Under the pieces are notes generated by a model. The model was given only the letters and a program-made list of their open reading frames with translations, ran no database searches and had not been told where the DNA came from. 64,000 nucleotides of DNA, taken from positions 172,796,001 through 172,860,000 of the forward strand of contig NC_086097.1 of the NCBI RefSeq assembly GCF_963921235.1, written 5' to 3'. Position 1 is the stretch's first letter. Every line of letters begins with the position of its first letter. Source of the stretch: Mobula hypostoma (taxonomy: Eukaryota). The position numbers and the translations under genes are program-made. Of the stretch, positions 23,149 through 35,812 are shown piece after piece.

Positions 23149-23544
23149 ACAACACTCTTCCAGGCTTTGTCATGGTCACAGCTACTGCTGTTGGTGCATT
23201 TTTGTATAATTTATTAAAAAGAGGTGGGATAAAGCTAACAACAGGTTTGGAGAGTGTTCTGTGCACTTTAATTATTTGGCGTATGGTTAATAAGCACCTG
23301 CCTACCTTTGCCAAGTCTTTGCAGGAGATTTCCACATTGTGGTCAGGTTGCTGGACCATGTGTTGACCTGACAAATTCCAATGCTGAAACTGCAGCTCAA
23401 ACATAAAATTAGTATAAATTTCCACATTACAACAATGATCACACTTCAGAAATGCTCCATTGGCTGTGAACCACCAATAAAATGCAAATAAATTGGGAAT
23501 TTAGAAACTAGCATCAGGAATTGTAACCAGAACACAACCTGAAA

Positions 23545-24310
23545 CAGTTTCAAGTTTATTGTCATGGGCATATATATCCAAAATATAAATGCCATGTGAA
23601 TTAGCTTTTTGCAGCAGCACAAAACTGTTACAAACATGACAACATATTATATATAAATAAATTAACATAAACTAAAAATGACTTACACAACAGAATAAAC
23701 AAAATTAAGCACAACAACATCAGTGTAAGCTGAGAAATATAGTCCATCTCAGAATTAGGGTTTTTTCAGGTCGATTCAAGAACCAGATGGCAGTGGGAAG
23801 GAAGCTGTTTTTGTACCTTGAGATATGGGTCTTCAGGGTCCTGTACCACCTCCTAGCTGCTGGTAGCAATATGAAGAGGGCATTGCCTAGATGGTGGGGT
23901 CCTTCATGAAGGATGTTGCCTTTTCTGAGACAGTGCCTGCTGTGGATTTACTCAGTGGTATGGAGATCTGTACCTGTGATGGAACTGGCCGAGCCCACTC
24001 CTTTCTGCAGCCACTTGCGTTCCTCTGTGTTGGAGTTCCTATACCAGGCTGTCATACAGCCAGTCAGAATGCTTTCCACTGCATATCTGTAGATGTTTGT
24101 CAGAGTATTTGAAGACATACTGCATCTCCTTAAATGTTTTAGGAAGTTGGAGTACCTTCTTCACAGTTGCATCTCTGCGTCTTGCCAGGATTGGTCCTCC
24201 AAGATGATGACACTCAGAAACTTAAAACTGCTCACCATTTCCACCAGAGGCCCTTCAATAAGGACTCACAGCCATTCTCCTGACTTCCCCTTCCTAAAGT
24301 CATCCAGTTC
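23545..24310 (-). mobile_element. Rex1/Babar-type LINE 3' fragment, old
   Basis: Minus strand VSSFKFL..FLKHLRR..IYRYAVESILTGCMTAWYRN. Confidence 0.75.
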
Positions 24311-25825
24311 TAGTGTTACTCACACGTGACTATATATCCATCATAGTTGTTGTTGGAGCAGAAGAATTTCCTAGCCCGTTCTATCTGATTTCCAGAGTCA
24401 AGGCAATATATCCGTGATCATAACAGAGCTTCACATTCAATTGGTTGATGCTCCTCAAACAAAATACTGTTAAATTTGCTAAACTGGTTTATTACTGTCT
24501 TATATGCCAAAGTACGATGACAAACTTTGTTTTGCATGCTATCCATCCATATCATTTTACTACAAGTTGAGTTGAGGTACTACAAGGAAAAAAAAATATC
24601 AGAATGTAGAATAAAGTGCTACAGTTACGGAGAAAGTGCAGGTAGTCAATGAGCAAGGCCATAATGAGGTCAGGGATCCACTTTATTGTACTAGGGGATC
24701 ATTCAGTAGACTTGTAACAGTGGAATAGAAACTGTTCTTGAGCCTGGTGGTATATGCTTTTAAGCTTTTGTATATTTTGTCTGATGGAAAATGGGCAGAG
24801 CCTACCATCAGGAGCTTGTCGAGCTGTTGCTTCCTTTTTGCTCTGCAGATGCACTGTTGTGATCCACTAGACCACAACAATACATTTTATTGTAAAACAA
24901 AATCACATTCTCTTCACTTGTGTAACCCCAACATCACTAAACCTGCCTAATTATATTAATTGACCATCTTATTGTCCAGAGACTACTTAATTATATCATT
25001 TCCCTAGATGCCCCTCTTACAATTATTAACCTTAACTACCTTGTTAGGGGCATTTGGAAGGGGCAGTAAATGCTGACAGAGAACCATAAAGCACTCAGTG
25101 GGTAAGACGACTCTTGTGAGAGAAACAAGGGTAGGATTTCTGATCAAAGACTGACAACAAAGTTATGATGAGAGGTCTTGAGCTGAAACACTAGCCTTGT
25201 TTCTTTTCTCACAGATGCTGCCTGACAGCTGATTGTTTCCAGCACTTTCTGTTTTGGTTTCATGTTTCCAACATCTGCAGATTTTATATTTGCAAAATGC
25301 ACTGACATTCAGTGAACGAATAAAGAGAAGCAGCATCTGACATTCAGATTTCCTACTTGTCTTTGTTCCCCCATCGTAATATATAGAAATCATGAGATTA
25401 CAAGTCCATTCAGCATTTGGTATACCCGGGAGATGCATATCAAATTCGTGCTGATGCTGATGTTTGCCTATTATCGGACCCATGAAATATTCCTGCCCAT
25501 ATTCTGTTAAAGCACAATGGGGGCCTCTACTCCAGCCTACATCCCTGTCCAAGGACATGCTGTAAGTTTGTCTTCTAACACCAGCCAGTTTCTGGATAAC
25601 AATCCAAAAATGATAAAGTTGTAACATCTGAGAGACTGCCTGCTGGGTTGCGGGAATCTCAGTGAGTCAGATCTTCTGCCACGGTGCCAGGACTCAGCTG
25701 GAGACCTTGGCGGAAGCCCCAGTTTCTCATTTAAACCGGGTATAAGCACAATATTTCCATCTTCATAAATGGGAAATATTATCAGCCTGGAGGAAACTGA
25801 AGCAGAACTTTGTAAGTAATATAAA

Positions 25826-26020
25826 TTGGTGGCTCTGCTTCACGGCTGCCGAGACTTGGGTTTGATGCTGACTTCTCGCGCTGTCTATGTGAAGGAGTTC
25901 TCCCTGTGACCATGCATGTTAGCACTGGGTGCTACCGTTTGTTCCCACATCCCAAAGATGACCTGGCACTTTAATTGGCATGCTGTAAATTACCCCTAAT
26001 GTAGGTGAGTGGCAAAAGAA
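25826..26020 (+). mobile_element. tRNA-derived SINE (V-SINE/HE1-like core)
   Basis: gggtttgatgc B-box-like; ttctccctgtgaccatg..ttcccacatcccaaaga core; taaattacccctaatgtagg; related copies at about 11390-11530 (-), 16610-16750 (-), 29780-30045 (+), 36770-36970 (-). Confidence 0.65.
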
Positions 26021-26340
26021 TCAAAGAGCAGGTGGTCACGGTAGAAATGACAGTTCCTGGCGAAGATGGGATTGAGGAGGTGTTTGAACATAAGAAAGTC
26101 AAATACCAGGAGCTGGTAGAGCCATCAGGACCATCCCAGAGGCTGCTGAGTGAGCCTCCAAATGGCTATGGATCAAGAGGTGTGACCCATGGACCAATGC
26201 TGCTGGGACAAGCCAGGGCCTGATCAACTCCGGCTGGGTTGTCTGGACAAGAGTGTATGATGTTGAAAGACCCGAAACACCCAATGACCCCAGGTTACAT
26301 CACTGGTGATGTGTCCCAGCACGTCCCAGGATGTATCTCG
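26021..26340 (+). mobile_element. Restriction-like-endonuclease non-LTR retrotransposon 3' end (HERO-like)
   Basis: QVVTVEMTVPGEDGIEEVFEHKKVKYQELVE (ELTVPWE..KK.KY..L motif) and IRTIPEAAE*ASKWLWIKRCDPW. Confidence 0.72.
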
Positions 26341-26656
26341 GCATTGGTGAGCTGCCCCTCCAGTAATTCTGTCTAAACTTCCCTCTGCCTCAGGAAACCA
26401 GCCATCATAATTATGGACCCCTCCCACACTCCATTCCTCCCCCCACACTCCATTCCTCCCCCCCCCCAATCAGGCAAATGACACAAAGCTTCAGAACATG
26501 CACCACCAGGCTCAAGGCCTGCTTCTACCCTGCTGCTGTCAGTTAAAGGTGTTCTCCCAATCTGCCTGCATTGAGCTTTCTCTATTATGGTAACACTATA
26601 TTCCACATTCTGTTTTTCATTTTTACTACCTCAGTGTAGCTGTTCTCTGGAATGAT

Positions 26657-26783
26657 GAAGGATCTCAGCCTGAAACATCGACTATTTACTCTTTTCCATG
26701 GATGCTGCCTGGCCTGCTGAATTCTTCCGGCATTTTGCGTATGTTGCTTGGATTTCCAGCATCTGCAGATTTTCTTGTGTTCA
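26657..26783 (+). mobile_element. Short Penelope-like terminus with 9-bp TSD
   Basis: tggaatgat at 26648-26656 and 26784-26792; gatgctgcctggcctgctgaattcttccggcattttg core. Confidence 0.75.
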
Positions 26784-27694
26784 TGGAATGATCTGTCTGG
26801 ATTGCACACAAACCAAACACTTTTCACTGCATCTCTGTGTATGTAACAATGATAAACTAATTACAATTACACTTCAAATAAAGGGAGGCTGGACAGGCTG
26901 GTGCTGTTTTCTCTGGAGGCTAACAATAACCTTTCAGAGGTTTATAAAATCATGAGGGGCAGAGTTATGGTGGATAGTCACGGTGTTTTTCCAAGGTTGG
27001 GCATAGGTGAAAAGGAAAAGATTCAGGGGATCTGAGAGGCACATTTTCACACAGAAGGTGGTGGATCTAAGGAACAAGTTGCCAGTGGAAGTGGTAGAGA
27101 TGGGTACGGTTACAACACGTAAAAGGCAATTAGAGATTGAGCAGTAAGGTTTAGAGGGATATGGACCAAACCCAGGTAAGTAAGACTAACTCAGGTCGGT
27201 ATGGATGAGTTAGACCAGGCTACATAAATCTCAGCATATAAATTAGTCAGGGTAACAGACAAGTTGGGGCAGAGCGATGGGTGGGATAGAAGGAATTTCA
27301 CCGGAAGGATAAAATAAGATGACTAAGCTGTTTCTCTTTCCACTGATGTTCTATGACCCGCCAAGGGTTCCAGCATTTTAGACTTCTTTATTCAGAGTTT
27401 TCAGCATTTGCAATATTTTACTCTCTCGTGGTTGGAGTTGTTGTGTCAGGAACGCAGGGGACCAAGGAGAGGTGGATAAAATGATGAGAGGCTGAGAGAC
27501 AAATTACAGGAAGATTATGTCTCTATTGGCAGAGAGAAAATTAAGTAGATGGAGATGGGTTCATATTAATTGGTGTAAAGATGAGAGGGGAGTTGAGGAA
27601 AACAATTCCAACCAATGAATGATGGAGATCTGGAGCTCACAGGTGACAGAGGCAAAAAAACACCCACTGCACTTAAACAGCACACGAATACGCA

Positions 27695-28170
27695 TATGGC
27701 CCATTGCACCAGTTGTGTGGAGGAAAGAATGCTAACTGATTGCATCACCACCTGGTTATAGAGGCGTCAATGCACAGGATCAAAAGCGGATTGTAGACTC
27801 GGCCAGTGTCATCATAAGCACAACCCTCCCCACCATCGAGGAGATCTTCAAAAGGTGACACCTCAAGAAGGCGGTATCAATTACTAAGAGCCTGCACCAC
27901 CCAGGGCATGCCCTCTTTTCATTACCACCGACAGGGTGGAATGGAGGTACAGGAGCCTAAAGACTCACACTAAATCTCAACCTTTTAGGAACAGCTTCTT
28001 CCACTCTGCCATCAGATTTCTGAATGGTCCGTGAACCCATGAAGGTTATTCCTCTTTTGCACGATTTACATATTTATTTGTAACTTGTAGTAATTTTTTG
28101 TCTTCCACTGTACTACTGCCACTAAATAGTAAATTTCAGAACATAGGTCAGTAATGAGAAAGCTGATTAT
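27695..28170 (+). mobile_element. Rex1/Babar-type LINE 3' fragment
   Basis: LTDCITTWL..TTLPTIEEIF..HHPGHALFSL..RYRSLKTHT. Confidence 0.75.
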
Positions 28171-30488
28171 CATTACTGACCTATGATGACCACACATTGA
28201 GAGCAGCAGTGAGAAATTGCTAATGGCTGATTTTGTCTGGCATGGGTGTAATGGGCTGAATGGCTTCCCTCTTCACCATTTGTAGTATCTTCATGTTTTG
28301 CTCCCACTTTAGTTGGAGTGTTGGCATAATCCAGCAACTGTAGGCTTCAGCTTCAGTGTGACAATAGGATCTGCCGCCTTCACCTCCCAGTGGAAGAATT
28401 CCAGGAGAGTAGTTAGGTAATATCTGAAAGGAGAACAACATTTTGGAAATATTGGGCCAGAGTGTTTCAGCCCTTAGGGTAATACTTTCAAACCATACCA
28501 GAATCAAAGATGAGACTGGGACTGGAGAGCTTCAGTCAGAAGGAGCCTGTTTTTTCCCCGCAGGAGCATAGAAAGCTGAGTGGTGAACTTATAAGGGTTT
28601 ATAATGTCATGGGGAAGCATAGCAAGGGTGAATGGTCACTGTCTTTTTTGCCCAGGACAGGGGAGGGTCTAGAATGAGAGAGCATGAATTTAAGGTGAGA
28701 GGGGGAAATTGATAAGGGGACAGGAGGAGTAAGTCTCTCACACTGAGGGGGACGGATATGTGGAATGAAGTACCAGAGGATGTGGTAGAGGTGGGTACGA
28801 TTACAATGTTTTTAAAAAGCATTTAGAAAGGTAAATAGGTATGAAATGTTTAGAGGGATATGGGCCAAAAGCAAGTAAATTGTTCTAGCTGAGGAAGGCA
28901 GCTTGTTCAGCATGGATGATTTGGGCCAAAGGGCTGGTTTCCGTGCTGTATAACTCTGTTACCCTGTGACTTGTTATAAGAGGGGGTTGCAGTGAAGTGC
29001 TGCCAATATAATTATTTTCTCACCAGTAATTATCAACTGGAGATTGAATCCTAATGTGATCTGTGGTAATTTGTCAAAAGGCAGGTTCATTTTCAAAAAC
29101 AGACTTTACAGGAGATTGAATCTGTAGATCATACCCCCAGCCATTCGGTGCTGCAGTGATAGCTGTGGCTTAAATCATTGCAAAATCATCCAAAATCAAT
29201 TCCTTTTTTAAGAGTTTGCATGGAGGGAAAGGCACAATTGCACCTTGGACAACAGATGTGAACACAGTTCATTAACAGGTTCATAATCTCAAATGTTTGC
29301 AGTTTGCCCACCAGTCACCATCTGGTAGTTTAATCACCATCCATAGATCCGGAAACATTGACTCTGTTGAAATGAAAGCATTGAATATGATCCAAAGGGA
29401 ACTTTGTACACTTGCCATTGCTAGGGGCTCCAGTTCAAACAGCAGGTGCGGGAGATCTCGTCAAAGGACTTCCACACTTTAAGGGAATTTCTTTGTGGGG
29501 GAAAGAACGTCATGAACAAGGATTTATTTATTGCCTGCTCTTGATTTTGCTTGGTGGTGAGCTTCCTGCTGCCCATCTGGTGAATGTGCTCCCACACTAC
29601 TGTTAGCTGAGAGTGTTCCTAGTCAGTTACTCACTAACCATAAAGGGACAGATCTGTGGCCCAAATTTTGTAAAAGAAAGTAAAATATTCCTGTCTGCTG
29701 TGATCACACCAAATGCACTATGTGCAACCTTTGTCTTGCGACCCGTGGACAAACATTAACTTGAAGTTAAGATATTGGGTGCCACAGTGGCAACGCTATT
29801 ATTGTTTGGGGCATTGGGGTACAGAGTTCAATTCCGGCATCCTCTGTAAGAAAGTTTGTACACTCTTCCCATGTGAATGTGGGTTTTCTTCAGGTTCTCC
29901 AGTTTCCCCCCAAAGTCGAAAGACATATCAATTAGTAGGTTAATTGGTCATTGTAAATTGTCCCGTGATAAGGCTATATTTAAATAGGTGGGTTGCTGAG
30001 TGGTGTGGCTCAAAGTGGTCTGTTCTGTGCTGTATGTCTAAATAAATTTTAAAAATCATAGAGTAGTCCCACTCAGAAACATTACAAAGTCGATCTTTTT
30101 TTACCCAAGTTCAATCAAATTTAAAGAGGCTCTTTGTTTTGGTATTGGAATTTCTAAGTTTTTAATCATCATTTTAATTGATTTAACACTATTTGTGTTT
30201 TATTTAGAAAGATACTGGCAAACATTCAATATCAATGTCAGCCTTAACAGCTAGTGAGCCTGAAGTGGTGGGTCCTCTTCAACTGTTAAAGTTAGGACAC
30301 AGGAACCCAAGAAAATAGGAGCTGGACTAGGGCACTTGACCCTTGAAGCCTGTCCCAGCATTCAATATGATGATGATAAATTGGTAAATTGGTTTATTAT
30401 TGTCAATAGACAATAGGTGCAGGAATAGGCCATTCAGCCCTTCAAGCCAGCACCACCATTCACTGTGATCATGGCTGATCATCCACAA

Positions 30489-33482
30489 TCAGTACCCTTT
30501 TCCTGCCTTCTCCCCATATCCCTTCACTCCGCTATCTTTAAGAGCTCTATCTAACTCTTTTTTGAAAGAATCCAGAGAATTGGCCTCCACTCCCTTCTGA
30601 GGCAGAGCATTCCATAGAACCACAACCCTCTGTGTGAAGAAGTTTTTCCTCAACTCCTTTCTAAATTGTCTACCCCTTATTTTTAAACTATGGCCTCTGG
30701 TTCTGGACTCCCCCAACATCGCAAACATGTTTCCTGCCTCTAGCGTGTCCAATCCCTTAATAATCTTATATGTTTCAATCAGATCCCCTCTCATCCTTCT
30801 AATTTCCAGTGTATACAACCCCAGTCGCTCCAATCTTTCAACATATGACAGTCCCGCCATCCCAGGAATTAACCTCGTGAACCTATGCTGCACTCCCTCA
30901 ATAGCTAGAATGTCCTTCCTCAAATTTGGAGATCAAAACTGTACACAATATTCCAGGTGTCGTCTCACCAGGGCCCTGTACAACTGCAGAAGGACCTCTT
31001 TGCTCCTATACTCAATTCCCCTTGTTATGAAGGCCAGCATGCCATTAGCTTTCTTCACTGCCTGCTGTACCTGCATGCTTACTGTCAGTGACTGATGAAC
31101 AAGGACACCTAGATCTCGTTGTACTTCCCCTTTTCGAACTTGACACCATTCAGGTAGTAATCTGCCTTCCTGTTCTTGCCACCAAAGTGGATAACCTCAC
31201 ATTTATCCACATTAAACTGTATCTGCCATGCATCTGCCCACTCACCCAACCTGTCCAAGTCACCCTGCATTCTCATAACATCCTCCTCACATTTCACACT
31301 GCCACCCAGCTTTGTGTCATCTGCAAATTTGCTAATATTACTTTTAATCCCTTCATCTAAATCATTAATGTATATTGTAAATAGCTGCGGTCCCAGCACT
31401 GAGCCTTGCGGTACCCCACTAGTCACTGCCTGCCATTCTGAAAAGGACCCATTAATCCCTACTCTTTGTTTGCTGTCTGCCAACGAACTTTCTATCCATG
31501 TCAGTACCCTATCCCCAATACCATTTGCTCTAATTTTGCACACTAACCTCCTATGTGGGATCTTATCAAAGGTTTTCTGAAAGTCCAGATACACTACATT
31601 CTCTGGCTTTCCCATGTCCATTTTCATAGATACATTCTCAAAAAATTCCAGAAGGTTAGTCAAGCATGATTTCCCCTTCGTAAATCCATGTTGACTCGGA
31701 CCTATCCTGCCACTGCTATCCAAATATGCCGCTATTACATCTTTTATAGTTGATTCCAGCATCTTCCCCACCACTGATGTCAGACTAACTGGTCTATAAT
31801 TGCCTGTTTTCTCTCTCCCTCCTTTCTTAAAAAGTGGGATAATATTAGCTACCCTCCAATCCGCAGGAACTGATCCTGAATCTATAGAACATTGGAAAAT
31901 GATTACCAATGCGTCCACTATTTCTAGAGCCACCTTCTTAAGTACCCTGGGATGTAGACCATCAGGCCCTGGGGATTTATCAACCTTCAGTCCCATCAGC
32001 TTACCCAACACCATTTTGTGCCTGATGCAAATTTCCTTCTGTTACCCTAGGTCCTCTGGCCACTATTACATCTGGGAGATTGTTTGTGTCTTCCCTAGTG
32101 AAGACAGATCCAAAGTACCTGTTCAGCTCGTCTGCCATTTCCTTGTTCCCCATAATAATTTCAGCCGTTTCTGTCTTCAAGGGCCCAACTTTGGTCTTAA
32201 CTAATTTTTTCCTCTTCACATACCTAAAGAAGCTCTTACTATCCTCCTTTATATTTTTGGCTGGCTTACCTTCGTACCTCATCTCTCCCCCCCCGCCCCC
32301 CCATATAGCCTTTTTAGTTATCTTCTGCTGCTCCTTAAAAGTCTCCCAATCCTCTGGCTTCCCACTCATCCTTGCTATGTTCTACTTCCTCTCTTTTATT
32401 TTTATACTGTCCTTGACTTCCCCTGTCATCTACGGTCGCCCCTTACTCCCCTTAGAACCTTTCTTCCTCTTTGGAATGAACTGATCCTGCAACTTCTGTA
32501 TTATTCCCAGAAATACCTGCCATTGTTGTTCCACTGTCATCCCTGCTAGGGTATCTTTCCAGTCAACTTTTGCCAGCTCCTCCCTCGTGTGTCCATAGTC
32601 CCCTTTGTTCAACTGTAATACTGACACTTCTGATCTTCCCTTCCCCCTCTCAAATTGTAGATTAAAACTTATCATATTATGGTCACTACCTCCTAATGGC
32701 TCCTTTACCTCGAGTTCCCTTATCAAATCTGGCTCATTACACAACACTAAATCCAGAATTGCCTTCTCCCTGGTAGGCTCTAATACAAGCTGCTCTAAGA
32801 ATCCATCTCTGAGGCATTCCACAAACTCCCTTTCTTGGGATCCAGTGACAACCTGATTTTCCCAGTCTACCTGCATGTTAAAATCCCCCATAACAACCGT
32901 AGACTTACCTTTGCGACATGCCAATTTTAACTCTTGATTTAACTTGCACCCTATATCCAGGCTACTGTTTGGGGGCCTGTATAACTCCCATCAGGGTCTT
33001 TTTGCCCTTATAGTTTCTCAGTTCTATCCATACTGACTCTACATCTCCTGATTCTATGTCCCTCCTCGTAAGTGACTGAATTTCATTCCTCACCAACAGA
33101 GCCACCCCACCCCCTCTGTCAACCTGTCTGTCCTTTCGATAGGATGTATACCCTGAATATTCATTTCCCAGCCCTGGTCCTCTTGCAGCCATCTCTCTGT
33201 TATTCCCACAACATCATACTTGCCAATTTCCAACTGAGCCTCAAGCTCATCCATTTTATTTGTTATACTCCGTGCATTCGTATACAATACTTTTAATCCT
33301 TTTAAAGTAATACTTTTACTCCCCTCACCTTTCACATCGATTCCTATTGCATTTGTCCATACTCTCCGATCCCTTCCTGATCTTTCTGCCCCTTTAATTC
33401 TGTTGTCTTTCTTAACTTTTCTTATTCTCTCATTCCCTTTAACTCCATTCTTATATTTCCTGTTCATCCCCTCCCCCCCCAA
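30489..33482 (-). pseudogene. CR1 ORF2 (APE endonuclease + reverse transcriptase), frameshifted
   Basis: LYTNARSI..VGITE; GGGVALLV; MGDFN; LGGSDHNM; KSPGPDGLHPRVLK; NYRPVSLTS; YLDFQKTFDK; GVPQGSVLGP; KFADDTK; split over at least 6 ORF pieces. Confidence 0.95.
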
Positions 33483-33486
33483 CTAC

Positions 33487-34491
33487 TTAGTTTAAACACA
33501 CCCGTGTAGCAGTGGCAAACCTGCCTGCCAGAGCGCTGGTCCCCCGTCTGTTAAGGTGCAACCCGTCCCTTCTGTACAATTCATCCTTACCCCAAAACAG
33601 ATCCCAGTGGTCCAAGAATCTAAATCCCTGCCTCACGCACCAGCTCCTCAGCCACACATTCAGATCCCCTATCTCCCTGTTCATGTCCTCTCCAGCACAA
33701 GGTACTGGAAGCAAACCCAAGATAACCACCCTGGAGGTCATGCTTTTCAGTCTTCTTCTGAGTTCTCTGAAGTCTTGCTGCAAAATGTCTGTCATCTTCT
33801 TCCCGACATCATTTGTGCCGACATGCACCACCACCTCCGGCTGATCACCTTCTCCCTTGAGGATGCCCTGCAACCGGTCCGTGATGTCCTGGATCCTGGC
33901 ACCAGGGAGGCAACACACCATCCTTAAATCTCGCCTGTTGCCGCAGAAACCCCTATCTGTACCTCTCACTGTGGAATCCCCTACTACCACGCCTCTGCCT
34001 TACGTCTGTATCCTCGGCTTTATTTCAGCGCCAATTTTTGACTCACAGACCCGTCCGCCTCTCAGACTGGCACTGTCTTCTGTCCTGACAGCTTCCAAGA
34101 GGGTGAACTTGTTTTCAAGAGTCACATCCCCCGTGGTCTCCTGTACACCAAGCATCCATCCCTTCCTCATCGTCACCCCCCTTCTCTCTTCTGGTATCTT
34201 CGGTGTAACGATCTCGCTGCAGGCCCTGTCCACAAAAATCTTGTTTTCCCGGATGAACCTGAGGTCATCCAGTTGCCTCTCCAGTGCCTCAACACGGTCC
34301 TTCAGGAGCTGAACCCGGACACACTTTCCACATTTGTAGCAGCCAGAGGCGCCATCAATGTCCCTGACCTCCCACATCATGCAAGCAGCACACTGAATCA
34401 GTTGACCTGTCATCTCTTCACCACTTCTCACCCTCTCCAACTGTGGCATAGTCTCCTCCCTCAGCCTCCTCTCTGAAGACTCTCGAGCCAA
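33487..34491 (-). pseudogene. CR1 ORF1 (Cys-rich finger, coiled coil, SGNH esterase); one in-frame stop at 34000-34002
   Basis: CAAC..CGKC, VEALERQLDDL, then VVGDS, CLPGA, HVGTND, DGLHL; ORFs 34000..34491 and 33487..33990 share a frame. Confidence 0.93.
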
Positions 34492-34814
34492 AGACTCGCA
34501 CTTTTCTCACAAGGCACTTCCCTTGACAAGGTCGCTCCCCTAGAGCAAACCTTGATTATATTGGCTGATATTTGACTAATTCGTTCCAAGTGTCGCACCT
34601 CGGCTGACCTCGAACGTTTGTCTTGCAGGCTGGTCTCGACCGGGTTTTAAATCAACCGCTCCTTCTCAGCCAATGCCCTCACTCACTCCTTCAATTGTCG
34701 CACCTTGGCCGACCTCGAACGTTGTCACATATACTGAGGTAAAATGAAAACCTTTGTTTTGAATGCCATTCATATAGATTATTTCATCACATCACTACAC
34801 TGAAAAAGTGTACC

Positions 34815-35453
34815 TGGGGATACGAATTGACAATAAACTGGACTGGTCAAAGAACACTGAGGCTGTCTACAAGAAGGGTCAGAGCCGTCTCTATTTCCTG
34901 AGGAGACTGAGGTCTTTTAACATCTGCCGGATGATGCTGAGGATGTTCTACGAGTCTGTGGTGGCCAGTGCTATCATGTTTACTGTTGTGTGCTGGGGCA
35001 GCAGGCTGAGGGTGGCAGACCCCAACAGAATCAACAAACTCATTCGTAAGGCCAGTGATGTTGTGGGGATGGAACTGGACTCTCTGACGGTCGTGTCTGA
35101 AAAGAGGATGCTGTCTAAGCTGCATGCCATCTTGGTCAATGTCTCCCATCCACTACGTAATGTACAGGGTGGGCACAGGAGTACATTCAGCCAGAGACTC
35201 ATTCCTCCGAGATGCAACACAGAGCGTCATAGGAAGTCATTCCTGCCTGTGGCCATCAAACTTCACAACTCCTCCCTTGGAGGGTCAGACACCCTGAGCC
35301 AATAGGCTGGTCCTGGACTTATTTCATAATTTACTGGCATAATTTACATATTACTATTTAACTATTTATGGTTCTATTACTATTTATTATTTATGGAGCA
35401 ACTGTAACGAAAACCAATTTCCCCCGGGATTAATAAAGTATGACTATGACTAT
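34815..35453 (+). mobile_element. Rex1/Babar-type LINE 3' end, relatively young
   Basis: Open ORF 34808..35305 YLGIRIDNKLDWSKN..KKGQSRLYFLRRLRSF..; aataaagtatgactatgactat tail; gtgtacc at 34808-34814 and 35454-35460. Confidence 0.9.
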
Positions 35454-35659
35454 GTGTACCATGGAACAACTAAAAACATTAGTTGAATACCATCCATATA
35501 AATAATTTCAGAACATAAGTTCTCTGAGATAGTACAAGTGAAAACTAATAGTAGAATGCAATGTGCACTGCGAAGGTTAGATTTACAGAGAAAGTATAGT
35601 GCAGGTAGATAATCAAGTGCAAGAGCCATGGTAATGTAGATTGCTTCAAGAGTCAAGAA

Positions 35660-35812
35660 TCCAGGCCGTGCCATCTTCTTGATGACTCATCAGCTCTGAT
35701 GAAGATGGGGGAGTCTGTCATTGAAACGTTGGTCTTGATCGATAGCTGTATCCAACTGGAAGCCCGAGACGTTTTATTTGTCATAAACGCTGGGAAAGCA
35801 CTAGATCCTTTA
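35660..35812 (+). mobile_element. Second type of Penelope-like terminus with hammerhead-like core
   Basis: CTGATGA agatgggggagtctgtcatt GAAAC GTT at 35696-35730. Confidence 0.5.

Larger units (their letters stand above)
30406..34721 (-). mobile_element. Full-length CR1 LINE (5' UTR, ORF1, ORF2, 3' UTR), inactivated
   Basis: ttgtca duplicated at 30400-30405 and 34722-34727, splitting ggtttattattgtcacat; (ctattgt)-type tail; both ORFs present in order. Confidence 0.96.

Noticed and set aside
25163..25627. 154-aa minus-strand ORF
   Set aside because: No recognisable domain, and it runs into a Penelope-type terminus; consistent with a chance ORF.
28270..28425. Strong minus-strand acceptor followed by an open frame
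   Set aside because: An alternative frame reads LTTLLEFF..EV, resembling the CR1 RT motif LTNLLEFFEEV, so probably an old LINE scrap; the donor is weak.
33487..33990. Stand-alone SGNH/GDSL esterase gene
   Set aside because: It is the known esterase domain of CR1 ORF1, directly upstream of ORF2 and repeated in the other CR1 copies.
30634..34312. Many 100-150 aa plus-strand ORFs
   Set aside because: Antisense shadows of the minus-strand CR1 ORFs.
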